Assembly (NCBI GenBank): GCA_963827655.1
Contig: CAWHCF010000029.1
Location: 128,001 to 192,000 of the forward strand
From: an uncultured Acidobacteriota bacterium
GTDB lineage: Bacteria; Acidobacteriota; UBA6911
Length of the DNA: 64,000 bases
Direction: 5' to 3'
Part shown: one piece after another, positions 1 to 9,279 of the stretch
Numbering within the stretch: position 1 is the stretch's first letter
Layout of the letters: every line of letters starts with the position of its first letter
Position numbers and translations under genes: made by a program
The notes under the pieces: generated by a model
Database searches by the model: none
What the model was told of the DNA's origin: nothing
Seen by the model: the letters and a program-made list of their open reading frames with translations, nothing else

Positions 1-1386
1 GGTCGAGCACGATCCGGCCGATCTTCAGCCCAAGGACTCTCGTCAGCGTCCGGTCGCCCTTGCTGGTCAGTTCCGCCGCCTTCGCCTTTGGTCCAGGGTC
101 CGGGGCAACTGCCGGACTCTTGACGGTTGCCCCTTTTTGTTTGACGGGGGAAGAAACCTTGCGCATGGTCGACGCGGTCGATTCCGGAGGAGCAGCGCTC
201 GGGACCGAATCACCCTGGGGTGAAACCGAATGGGTCCCCGGGGGCTGAGACTTGGAGGCCATGGACCCTGCCATTCCGGCTTGGTCGATTTCGTCACGCG
301 CGTCAAGACTCAATCTCTCTCTGACAAGCCGAATCTGTGAATCGGCACCCTTGGGTTCCGCGACTGGGATCTGCCGAACCACGGCCGGCATCGCTTGAGG
401 ACCGCTGTCGGGTTGCGTTCCGGCGCCTCCTGGCTTGCCGAACGCGCCGATGCTGGAAGGAGTGTTTCTGCGCCTTCGACGGGTCCTTGACTTTCTCCCG
501 GCTGGCTCTCATTGGATGCGCGATCGTCGCTTTGCTGCCCGCGAATGTCGATAATGATCCTGAACGGGTCGTGAAGCTCGGAAACCGAACAGTCTTTCAT
601 ATTCGTCAGGTCGAGCACCACACGGACTACGGCGGCACGGTTTTGACTTATGCGGATCTGTTTCACGTGCTCGTCGTTTACGAGATAAGGCTTGCTCCCC
701 AGTCCAGGACTCAATCTGGAACCATGAATATCGAAGTACAGGCGCGCCGGATTGGTCAGCATAAAGCGCTGGTAACGAGTTTCGACATCCAGGTCGATGG
801 TGATACGGGTATATTCGCTGGTAGACCAATGGCGAATACTGCGCACGATAGCGATCACGTCAGAGCCTGGGTCACGCTGCTCGACGCCGGTCCGGGATCC
901 GACATCAGTCTGAGCCGCCGGTTGAGTTTCTGCAGCACGATTGCGGCGATTTGAATTCGAAGTTTGCGTCAACCTGGTGATGCTTTGCTCGGCCTCTGGG
1001 CGGTGCCGGCTGGTCCCGTAGTCCGAGACCAGAAAACGGAAGAGCTTGAGGGCCCTTTTTGTATATTCGGGATTTTCGAAGTTCTCACTCATTTCCTGGT
1101 AAAGCCTGGCAGATTCAAACACCGCATCATCGCTCCCGCCGAAGTGCGGGTCCAACCAGTAGACCTGCTGATACAGGTTGATGCACTGGAGGTATTCTTC
1201 CGGAGAAGCGCTGGAGGTTGGATCTTCTTTGAGGGCGGAGTACATCCGCCGGGCCTCATCCAGAGCGGACTCGGCTCCCTTTCGATCCCACTCTTTAGCC
1301 GGCAGCGTCCACGTAAACAGCCAAGCAGCCAGCAAACCTCCGGCTAGACACTTCGATCGGCGGGAACCGGGAGGGATGGCGATCAT
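1..1386 (-). CDS. N-acetylmuramoyl-L-alanine amidase (TPR-like N-terminus + AMIN domain), frameshifted, runs off window start
   Basis: ORF 310..1422 has a signal peptide, a helical region and an AMIN-like segment (VRSIRHWSTSEYTRITIDLD...NPARLYFDI). A second frame is open from 508 to base 1 and ends GDRTLTRVLGLKIGRIVLD, the entry to the Amidase_3 LDPGHGG motif. The shift lies between 508 and 312. Confidence 0.85.
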
Positions 1387-1393
1387 GACCCAC

Positions 1394-1422
1394 ATATTAG
1401 ACCCGGTATCTGACGGTGTCAA
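1394..1422 (-). promoter_or_regulatory. sigma70-type promoter, probably leaderless amidase mRNA
   Basis: TTGACA-N17-TAATAT on the minus strand, with ATG (1386) 7 nt after the -10 box. Confidence 0.6.
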
Positions 1423-1570
1423 GCAAAAGTCAAGCGAACTTATTGATAATTAAGGGACTTGCAAGAGAGACTCTTTTCGTGCTCCCTGGCGTCTGCGCAT
1501 CCTGCCTTAGACACGCCTGTCGCGAGGCGCGCAGTCAAGGAGAACGGATTTCCGGCGCCAGCTGTCGGAT

Positions 1571-2302
1571 CTAAGGAGACTGCCCTTCAACAGCCAATCT
1601 GAAATCATCGCGACGTTTCGTCGGGGGGACGTTGGTCAGATGGAGAGTTCCACTTTGATCGACAAATCTGAACGTCGACGGAGCGCGCGGAGAGACTGCG
1701 TCCACCCAGTTCATCCGGTTCTTGCCGTACTTCTTCGTGATCTTTCGTACGTAATCATGAGTCTCACGAATGTGCGGTATGCGGCCGATGCGTTGAACCA
1801 GGTTCTCCCCCGCATTGTAAGCCGCGAGGCTCAACTCGAGGTTATTATCGAACCTGTCGAGCAGAACCCTCATGTGTTGCATGCCGCCGCGAATGTTCTG
1901 GTCGGGGTCGAAGCTGTTTTGTACTCCCACTCGGCGCGCGGTCGCCGGCATGAGCTGCATCAGGCCTCGGGCTCCCTTGGGTGATACGGCCTGCTCGTCG
2001 AAGTCTGATTCAGTCTTGATCATGGACCGGACGAGGGAGGGATCGAGGCGAAACTGCCCGGCATATTTCTCGATGATGGAGTCGTATCGAGCATCTCTGC
2101 CGGCCGCGTCGGCGGGCCCCCGGAACGCTACAGGATTGTTGGTTTTAAGGTCGCGAACGGCTCCCTTAGGCGGGATATTGGTGAAGTTATGGACACCATC
2201 GTCGTCCACATAGGAATAGACTGCCTGGCCGTAGGAGCAGGGAAGCGCGAGACAAAAGGCCAAGCCGATAGTGCCGATCGCTGCGTGCCGTAATCCTTTC
2301 AT
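1571..2302 (-). CDS. Lytic transglycosylase (SLT) with DUF4124-like segments
   Basis: IKTESDF, AVSPKGARGLMQLMP and LAAYNAG motifs; YSYVDDDGVHNFTN segment. Confidence 0.92.
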   Translation of the reverse strand: MKGLRHAAIGTIGLAFCLALPCSYGQAVYSYVDDDGVHNFTNIPPKGAVRDLKTNNPVAFRGPADAAGRDARYDSIIEKYAGQFRLDPSLVRSMIKTESDFDEQAVSPKGARGLMQLMPATARRVGVQNSFDPDQNIRGGMQHMRVLLDRFDNNLELSLAAYNAGENLVQRIGRIPHIRETHDYVRKITKKYGKNRMNWVDAVSPRAPSTFRFVDQSGTLHLTNVPPTKRRDDFRLAVEGQSP

Positions 2303-2338
2303 TACACCTCACAAGATGCAGGCAGGGCCGTAAAAAGT

Positions 2339-4990
2339 CTAAATTTTTTCGGTCCCCAGCAGGACTTCGACAATGGAATAGCTTCTCTGCAGGGCGTCGG
2401 TAAGTTTAGAAGCGTCCTTACCTCCCGCTTCGGCTAGTTCCGGTTTCCCTCCGCCCGAGCCGCCGACTATCGAAGCTATTTCCTTGATGACTTTTCCTGC
2501 CGGCACCCGCGAAGCGATGTCGGCAGTAACCATGACCACCAGGGCCACCTTGCCGTTCTGAGGAGATCCCAGGATCACCACGCCAGACCCAAGTCTTTGT
2601 TTCAGTTCGTCGGCCAGGGCTCGCATACTCGCGCGATCGATCTCGGCCAGCTGGTGCGCGAGCACCTTCACCCCCGAGACCTCCCGTGTTCTTGTCAGAA
2701 TGCCGTCGACTCCGGCCATGGCGCCGCGAACCTTGATTTCCGCCATCTGACGCTGGAGGTCCTTTACCTGAAGTTGAAGTTTCTCGACCATCGAAGGTAT
2801 CTCACTTCGGCTCACCTTGTACTGGTCCTGAACGACCTCGAGCAAGTCCTCGGCGGAACGGAACCGTTCGAAAGCCCCTGGACCCGTGACGGCCTCGAGC
2901 CGGCGTACCCCGGAAGCGACGCTGCTTTCGGAGGTTATCTTCAAAACGCCAATAGTTCCCGTGGCGGGGACGTGAGTTCCCCCGCAAAGCTCCTTGCTGA
3001 ACCCAGGGACCTCGACCACTCTTACCTGTTCCTGGTACTTCTCTCCAAACAGCGCGACTGCCCCCGACTTCATCGCGTTTTCCAGATCCATGACGTGGGT
3101 CTCGACCTCGACATTGCGCCAGATTTGCTGGTTGACCTCGTCCTCGACCTTGCGGATCTCGGCCGGAGTCATCGGGGCATAGTGCGTGAAATCGAACCGC
3201 AATCGTTCGGGTTCCACAAGAGACCCGGCTTGCTTGACATGGGGACCCAGAACTTTTTGCAGGGCGGCGTGAAGAAGATGGGTTCCAGTGTGGTTCTTCA
3301 TCGTCAGAAGCCTTTTCTCCAGATCGATGGCGGCTTCCAGCTCCTCGCCTACACGGAAAACTCCGCTCTGCATCTCAACCATGTGAGCGATTGATGACCC
3401 GCGATATTGCGTGTCGATCACATGCGCCCGATTTCCGTTCTGGAAAAGCAACCCGGTATCTCCGACCTGGCCCCCCGCCTGGGCGTAAAACGGAGTGCGG
3501 TCGAGGACGATTTCGCCGCTTTGTCCCGGGGTAATAAGTTCGGCGCGCTTGCCGCCGATGTAAATCGACCTGACCCGAGCCTTTACCGGCGCGCTGTAGC
3601 CGTAACCGACAAACGAACTTCTATCCTCGTCAACGGTTTCGGCAACCTGCTCGTGTATTTTCCCCGACTCGTAGTCCTGCCGCGACCGATCTCGCTGTTC
3701 CTGGAGAGCCTGGTTGAACCCGGCTTCGTCAACCACCAGGTCGTTTTCCTGGGCCAGGTCCTCAATGATCTCGAAGGGAAGGCCGCGGGTATCGTAAAGG
3801 AAAAAGGCCTCGATGCCGGGAATCGTGCGCGAACCGGTCGACTTGATTCTCCGGCTCCGGTCGTAGAAATCGCGAAGTCCCTGGCTGAGGGTATCGGCAA
3901 AAGCCTCCTCCTCTTGCTTGATCACACGGGCAATGGTGTCGCGAGTCTGAGTCAGTTCGGGATAAGCCTCCTTCATGACCTCGACCACCACCCCGGAAAT
4001 GCGATAGATGAACGGTTCGTCAACCCCCAGCTTCTTCCCATGGACAACCGCGCGGCGCATGATCTTGCGTAAAACGTAGCCACGTTTGTCATTTCCGGGG
4101 TATTGACCATCTCCAACCACAAAGGTCGCGGCACGCGCGTGGTCCGCGATGATCCGCATGGAGATATCATCCTTGGAAATGGTCCCGTATTCGACATTGC
4201 ATATCCTGCCGATCTCATCCAGCAGCGGGCGGAAGAGGTCGGTCTCGTAGTTGTTGGCCTTGCCCTGGAGGATCGTTGTGATGCGCTCGAAACCCATCCC
4301 GGTATCGATGGATGGAGAAGGAAGGGGAGCCATAGTTCCGGTCGAATCGCGGTTGAACTGCATGAAGACCAGGTTCCAGATCTCGACCCAGCGGCCGCAG
4401 GAGCAGGTCAGATCACACTCGGGATGATGCGCTAGCGGACTGATGCCGAAATCGAAGTGCAACTCCGAGCAGGGACCACAGGGGCCGATGTCGCCCATCG
4501 CCCAGAAATTGTCCTTTTCGCCGAGGCGAACGATCCTCTCCGCCGGAATCCCGATTTCTCTATTCCATATCCCCCAGGCTTCGTCGTCTTGCTCGTATAC
4601 GGTTATCCAGAGTCGTTTGGGATCGAGGCCGAATTCACGCGTGACGAGGTCCCACGCGAATGCGATCGCATCGGACTTGAAGTAGTCTCCGAAGGAGAAA
4701 TTTCCCAGCATCTCGAAGAACGTGTGATGCCTCGTGGAATGTCCTACGTCCTTAAAGTCATTGTGCTTTCCGCTGACCCGCATGCATTTCTGGCTCGTGG
4801 TGGCGCGTTTGTAAGGACGCTTTTCCTTGCCCAGAAACACATCCTTGAACTGGTTCATTCCGGCGTTGGTGAACAGGAGCGTCGGATCGTTGAAGGGAAT
4901 GAGCGAGGAGCTGGCGACGATCTTGTGACCGTGGAGTTCAAAGAATTTGAGAAAAGCAGCACGAATCGCGTTGCTCGTGAGCACGCTCAT
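2339..4990 (-). CDS. alaS: Alanine--tRNA ligase
   Basis: DPTLLFTNAGMNQFK, HHTFFEMLGNFSFGDYFK, ELCGGTHV editing motif, GGSGGG DHHA1 end; ATG overlaps the recX stop. Confidence 0.99.
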   Translation of the reverse strand: MSVLTSNAIRAAFLKFFELHGHKIVASSSLIPFNDPTLLFTNAGMNQFKDVFLGKEKRPYKRATTSQKCMRVSGKHNDFKDVGHSTRHHTFFEMLGNFSFGDYFKSDAIAFAWDLVTREFGLDPKRLWITVYEQDDEAWGIWNREIGIPAERIVRLGEKDNFWAMGDIGPCGPCSELHFDFGISPLAHHPECDLTCSCGRWVEIWNLVFMQFNRDSTGTMAPLPSPSIDTGMGFERITTILQGKANNYETDLFRPLLDEIGRICNVEYGTISKDDISMRIIADHARAATFVVGDGQYPGNDKRGYVLRKIMRRAVVHGKKLGVDEPFIYRISGVVVEVMKEAYPELTQTRDTIARVIKQEEEAFADTLSQGLRDFYDRSRRIKSTGSRTIPGIEAFFLYDTRGLPFEIIEDLAQENDLVVDEAGFNQALQEQRDRSRQDYESGKIHEQVAETVDEDRSSFVGYGYSAPVKARVRSIYIGGKRAELITPGQSGEIVLDRTPFYAQAGGQVGDTGLLFQNGNRAHVIDTQYRGSSIAHMVEMQSGVFRVGEELEAAIDLEKRLLTMKNHTGTHLLHAALQKVLGPHVKQAGSLVEPERLRFDFTHYAPMTPAEIRKVEDEVNQQIWRNVEVETHVMDLENAMKSGAVALFGEKYQEQVRVVEVPGFSKELCGGTHVPATGTIGVLKITSESSVASGVRRLEAVTGPGAFERFRSAEDLLEVVQDQYKVSRSEIPSMVEKLQLQVKDLQRQMAEIKVRGAMAGVDGILTRTREVSGVKVLAHQLAEIDRASMRALADELKQRLGSGVVILGSPQNGKVALVVMVTADIASRVPAGKVIKEIASIVGGSGGGKPELAEAGGKDASKLTDALQRSYSIVEVLLGTEKI

Positions 4991-5553
4991 TCTCCCGTCT
5001 CGAAGCGCTCCCAAACCGCCGGAGGAACCTTCGGCCTCAGAGTTTGAAGGATCGTTTCCTCCAGGAAACCCCGCCGGCTAAGGTGCGACACCAGACCGGC
5101 GATTCCCCTGGAGTCGACCGGCAGCCCCTTCCGCCGACAGTGTTTTTCCAGGTAACCTTCCAGGACCTCTCGATCGCTCAACTCGGCCCTGATCGAATTC
5201 ATCGTCGATTCAGCGAGTCCGGGAGGGACCTTGCGCAGGAGCAGGTTCTGATGCACTCGAACGGGGCCCCAACCCTTAAACTTGAGCTGGTTGAACGCAA
5301 AATTATACGCGTATTCAGGATCGTTGAGAAGTTTGAGCTGTTCGAGGCGATTGAGAACCGGCTCGACCGAGTCCGGAGCCGCCACCTTCAACAGCACGGC
5401 GGCGAGTTCGCCACGACTATAGGGACGCCGGGACAGGAAGATTCCGGCTCTATTGAGGAGTCTCTTGTGGAGTTCCGCCTCTGTGACAAAACGCTGGCTT
5501 GTCGGTTTCGAACCTCGGGAGTGGCCTTTCGGCGGCCTGGATTGCTTGATCAC
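4987..5553 (-). CDS. recX: Regulatory protein RecX
   Basis: LSRRPYSRGEL, LLNDPEYA, GWGPVRV, LSRRGF; directly upstream of alaS; start approximate (GTG). Confidence 0.8.
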   Translation of the reverse strand: MIKQSRPPKGHSRGSKPTSQRFVTEAELHKRLLNRAGIFLSRRPYSRGELAAVLLKVAAPDSVEPVLNRLEQLKLLNDPEYAYNFAFNQLKFKGWGPVRVHQNLLLRKVPPGLAESTMNSIRAELSDREVLEGYLEKHCRRKGLPVDSRGIAGLVSHLSRRGFLEETILQTLRPKVPPAVWERFETGE

Positions 5554-5614
5554 GAAGCGTGAACCTTGAAGTCCTCCTCCGGCCGCTTGCGAACCCCCGC
5601 GGCGTAGTTCGCCG

Positions 5615-6583
5615 CTAGGCCCGAACCGTCTCTTTTCGAGCGGTGCCTCGGCGACCCGAGGTATAGACGGGAACAAACCAGCCGTAAATGTCCTCTCTTC
5701 GTCCTTCCGTGTAGGCAAAAAACTCGTTCTGCAGCCTTTCGGTAACCGGGCCCCGTGAACCCGTTCCCACTTCAATCTTGTCTACGCTTCGAATCGGGGT
5801 TACCTCGACCGCGGTTCCCACGAAGAACGCTTCATCCGCCAGGTACAGCATTTCTCTCGGTATGACCCGCTCGTGTACCGTATATCCCAGCTCACCGGCA
5901 AGTCGCATGATGCTGTCGCGCGTGATTCCGGGAAGAATGCTGGAGGAAAGCGGAGGGGTGTAGAGCCCGCCGCGGTAGACAAGAAATAAATTCTCACCGC
6001 TCCCTTCGCTGACAAAGCCATTGACATCGAGCGCGATTCCCTCGGCAAAGCCGTTTTTCAGGGCCTCCATCTTCATCAGCTGCGAATTCATGTAGTTAGC
6101 ACCAGCCTTGGCCATAGCAGGGAAGGTATTGGGAGCCATTCGTGTCCAGGTAGAGACGCAGACATCGACGCCTTTTTCCACTGCCTCAGGTCCCAGATAG
6201 CGGCCCCACTCCCACACCGCGATGTACACTTCGACCGGGCAGGGAAACGGGTTTACCCCGAAATCGCCATACCCGCGAAATATGATGGGCCGGATGTAAC
6301 ACTTCTCCATTGAATTGACTCGGATGGTTTCGAGGCAGGCCTCCATCAGCTCGTCTTTGGAAAAGGGGACTTCCGTTCGATAAACCTTGCATGAATTCAG
6401 GAGCCGATCGATATGGCTTTCGAGACGAAAGACCTCGGCTCCGCGCTCGGTCTTGTAGCACCGGATTCCTTCGAAGAGCGAGCTGCCGTAGTGAATGACA
6501 TGCGAAAGGACGTGGATTTTCGCCTCTTCCCAGGGGATCAATTCCCCATTGTGCCAGATCCTATCGCCTCCTTTGGTTGCCAT
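5615..6583 (-). CDS. ilvE: Branched-chain amino acid aminotransferase
   Basis: HYGSSLFEGIRCY, AKAGANY, SEGSGENLF, ILPGITR, GTAVEVTP. Confidence 0.97.
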   Translation of the reverse strand: MATKGGDRIWHNGELIPWEEAKIHVLSHVIHYGSSLFEGIRCYKTERGAEVFRLESHIDRLLNSCKVYRTEVPFSKDELMEACLETIRVNSMEKCYIRPIIFRGYGDFGVNPFPCPVEVYIAVWEWGRYLGPEAVEKGVDVCVSTWTRMAPNTFPAMAKAGANYMNSQLMKMEALKNGFAEGIALDVNGFVSEGSGENLFLVYRGGLYTPPLSSSILPGITRDSIMRLAGELGYTVHERVIPREMLYLADEAFFVGTAVEVTPIRSVDKIEVGTGSRGPVTERLQNEFFAYTEGRREDIYGWFVPVYTSGRRGTARKETVRA

Positions 6584-6719
6584 CGAGTCTCCTTTCAGCT
6601 TCTTAATCTACTGGAGTTCATGTTAGTTAGCGGTTCCGGAGGTGTCAAGGCGAATTACCTGCCAGCAAAGGGCTTTCACCTTGACTGCCCATTTCCCTTT
6701 CCGTAACATTCTGACCCGT

Positions 6720-7139
6720 ATGGAAACCGAGCAACTACCCCAGGAAGTACCGCAGATTCAAACCGAGTCCGGTGTTCTAAAAACGGCCACGGCATGCGTG
6801 GCAGCGGCTCTGATCCCAGGCCTCGGGCACGCTTTCTTGCAGAAATGGGATCGAGCTATCGTTTTTCTTGTCGGTATCAGCCTCATGTTCGCGATCGGCC
6901 TCCGGCTGCAAGGGAGATTGTTTAACCCAGAGTTTGCAGATCTCTTTTCCAGCCTGAAATTTCTCGCCGAGGCGGGCACGGGCATTCTCTACTGGCTTTG
7001 CTGGCTTCGAGGCCTTGGTGTCGGTGAACCCAGTGCCTATACCTACGACTTCGGCAACGTCTTTGTCTATGTCGCCGGTCTCCTGAACATGCTGGTTGTG
7101 GTTGACGCTTTCGACATTGCGATGGGGAGAAAGCAATGA
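6720..7139 (+). CDS. Membrane protein, DUF6677-like
   Basis: LIPGLGH...AGLLNMLVVVDAFDIA, hydrophobic helices; TTGACT-N17-TAACAT just upstream. Confidence 0.75.
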   Translation: METEQLPQEVPQIQTESGVLKTATACVAAALIPGLGHAFLQKWDRAIVFLVGISLMFAIGLRLQGRLFNPEFADLFSSLKFLAEAGTGILYWLCWLRGLGVGEPSAYTYDFGNVFVYVAGLLNMLVVVDAFDIAMGRKQ

Positions 7140-7309
7140 CCGGCCATTTCGGTCTGATGGTACTCTTCAGCGCCTTGGTGGCGCTCGTTTTTACCTTCTT
7201 GACGAAGTATGGCGCCCGGGAGCGGATCAGGTACTTCTTCTTTCTATTCGGAGCCTACGTTCTGATATCGGTCGTTGCCGGCTGGTTGATGTACCCTTTT
7301 CCATTCTGA
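7136..7309 (+). CDS. Small 57-aa two-helix membrane protein (not in ORF track)
   Basis: ATGA overlap with the upstream stop; MTGHFGLMVLFSALVALVFTFLTKYGARERIRYFFFLFGAYVLISVVAGWLMYPFPF. Confidence 0.75.
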   Translation: MTGHFGLMVLFSALVALVFTFLTKYGARERIRYFFFLFGAYVLISVVAGWLMYPFPF

Positions 7310-7349
7310 ATGGTTTTTTCTTACGAAATCCCATAGCGAAATTGACCTT

Positions 7350-7748
7350 ATGAGTTTAACTAGTCGGTTCATTCTCTTCCGGCTTCCGGTGGTGCTCTAT
7401 GCCGGCCTGATTTTCTTCTTGAGCTCGGGCCCGGTGTCTTCAACCGAGCTGGAAAACATTCCTGATTACTATTTGCATTTTTCAGAGTACTGTCTGTTCT
7501 ACCTTGCCATGTTCTGGGCAATCCATGAGGGGTTTCGACCGGTTCAGGGCCGAGGCAGCTACTGGTTGCCGGCAGTTCTCACGATCCTTTTCGGGATTTC
7601 TGACGAGTTCCATCAGATGTTTGTCCCGAGCCGAGTCGCGTCGGTGCTGGACGTTCTGGCAGACTCAGCGGGGGCCGGCGCCGGAACCGTAGTGGCCCTC
7701 TTTATCAATCGATTCAATGGGCCGGTTTCTGATCGAGTCGGTTCTTAG
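7350..7748 (+). CDS. VanZ family membrane protein
   Basis: LHFSEY, ISDEFHQMFVPSR, DVLADSAG. Confidence 0.9.
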   Translation: MSLTSRFILFRLPVVLYAGLIFFLSSGPVSSTELENIPDYYLHFSEYCLFYLAMFWAIHEGFRPVQGRGSYWLPAVLTILFGISDEFHQMFVPSRVASVLDVLADSAGAGAGTVVALFINRFNGPVSDRVGS

Positions 7749-7981
7749 GGCTCGCGCAGAAATAACTTCACATTCTGGCGCGAAGGGTCGGTGGTCAATC
7801 ATGAACTGGTTTCTGTTTGCCAAGCATGCTGAGGATCGCGCCCCTTCGGGCTGCGGCCCGCAGGCCCGCTGGCTTTGTTGCTCGCTCCTCACGTACCGCA
7901 CCGGGTACGCATCGTCGCTCGCGCCTCGCCAGCAGGCCTGGGGGCCTGCAGCAGAATGCGAACTTATTTCTGCGCGAACCC
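7748..7981. mobile_element. MITE, 234 bp, TTA target duplication
   Basis: 30-bp terminal inverted repeats (27/30; GGGYTCGCGCAGAAATAA...), TTA at 7745-7747 and 7982-7984. Confidence 0.85.
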
Positions 7982-7984
7982 TTA

Positions 7985-8099
7985 GCGTTCGCGCAAAGAC
8001 GAGTTTACATTCTGCCGACGGTCCCCGTGCCCGCGCGGGGCGTGAGTGAAACTACTCACCGGCTCTCGCTCCAGGATGTGAAGCATGGGTGAGCGAGCC
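7985..8099. mobile_element. Degenerate copy of the same MITE, in tandem
   Basis: Starts GCGTTCGCGCAAAGACGAGTTTACATTCTG, ends CAGGATGTGAAG...GAGCGAGCC, followed by TTA 8100-8102. Confidence 0.6.
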
Positions 8100-8189
8100 T
8101 TAGCGTCGTGTCTTTGTGTCGTGGCGGTTAACGCATCGCAGCAGGGCCGCCAGCGAGACGCGAAGAGATAGCCTGAGCCACAACGTGCC

Positions 8190-9191
8190 ATGACAACCGG
8201 AACGCTCTTGCAGGAGCTTCTCCACGCGAATTCGAGCTTCGTTGCCGGAGCGCCTCGTTTCCTGGATCCCGATGGTGAACCCTTTATTGTTCTGGCTTGT
8301 ATGGATCCCCGCCTGACCGGGTTCCTGGAACCGGCACTCGGCTTGCCCAGGAACCGCGCGCTGGTGGTGCGCTCTGCCGGCAACCAGAGCTCTCAGGACA
8401 CCCTGAGATCGATCGCAGCAGGAGTGTACTTGAAGGGAGTCCAGGAAGTTTTTGTAGTGGGGCACACCGATTGCGCCCTGGCACATTTCTCTGTGCCCGA
8501 GGTAATCGAGAGCTTCCGGCGAGCCGGGGTTCCTCGTTCCGCTTTCGGCAATGAAGATCTCCGCGGATGGTTCGGCGCTTTCCACGATATCAAAGCGAAT
8601 GTCCTCCAGACCGTCGAATCGCTGCGAAAGTCCGGCGTCCTGCCGGGCCGAGTCAAGATCCACGGAATTGTCCTGGGGATCCAGGATGGCAAGCTCGAGG
8701 TCGTCTTCGATGGCGATCTCGACCCGAGCCAAGGGGCCCGGGCAGAGGCGCCGCCAACCTCGGCCGCCGCCAGCCGTCAATCTCCACCACAACCAGCTCC
8801 GGGCATTGTGCCGGATAAACCCTCTGTCACACCGCCGCCTCTCCCTCAGCCGGAGCCGGCCCAAAAGCCGGTCGCGACAGGGGTGGAAACTGGAAGGAAT
8901 GCTCGATCCGCTCCCATTGGGAATATGTTCGAGGCGGTGGCGGTGTTTCGCGATTTCTTCGGCCAGGAACGGAAGGACAAGAAGTTCCAGCAGCATGTGG
9001 CCGAACTCCGGGCTGTAGTGAAGCGGGAAAAAGATTCGGCGGCTATCCTCCGAGCGCTGCAAAAGACTGTCAAAGAGTACGAACGAGAGTATCCCGACCT
9101 GCCTGCCGCTCTGGCGTTCTGCATGAAAGCTCTTGAAAGCAAGACGACCGGTGGCAAGTTCATCGAGCTGATGAGGCGCTTGTCCGGCTAA
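8190..9191 (+). CDS. Beta-carbonic anhydrase with Pro-rich linker and C-terminal helical domain
   Basis: Zn motifs ACMDPRL and VGHTDC; aa ~180-235 Pro/Ala-rich; ~90-aa helical tail. Confidence 0.85.
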   Translation: MTTGTLLQELLHANSSFVAGAPRFLDPDGEPFIVLACMDPRLTGFLEPALGLPRNRALVVRSAGNQSSQDTLRSIAAGVYLKGVQEVFVVGHTDCALAHFSVPEVIESFRRAGVPRSAFGNEDLRGWFGAFHDIKANVLQTVESLRKSGVLPGRVKIHGIVLGIQDGKLEVVFDGDLDPSQGARAEAPPTSAAASRQSPPQPAPGIVPDKPSVTPPPLPQPEPAQKPVATGVETGRNARSAPIGNMFEAVAVFRDFFGQERKDKKFQQHVAELRAVVKREKDSAAILRALQKTVKEYEREYPDLPAALAFCMKALESKTTGGKFIELMRRLSG

Positions 9192-9279
9192 GGATCCCTT
9201 AGCGTTTCTTCGAGTATTCGTGTCTTGGGGTTGGCTTTGTTCGCCCCACGAACCACGAAGACTCAAAGACTCTGCATCT

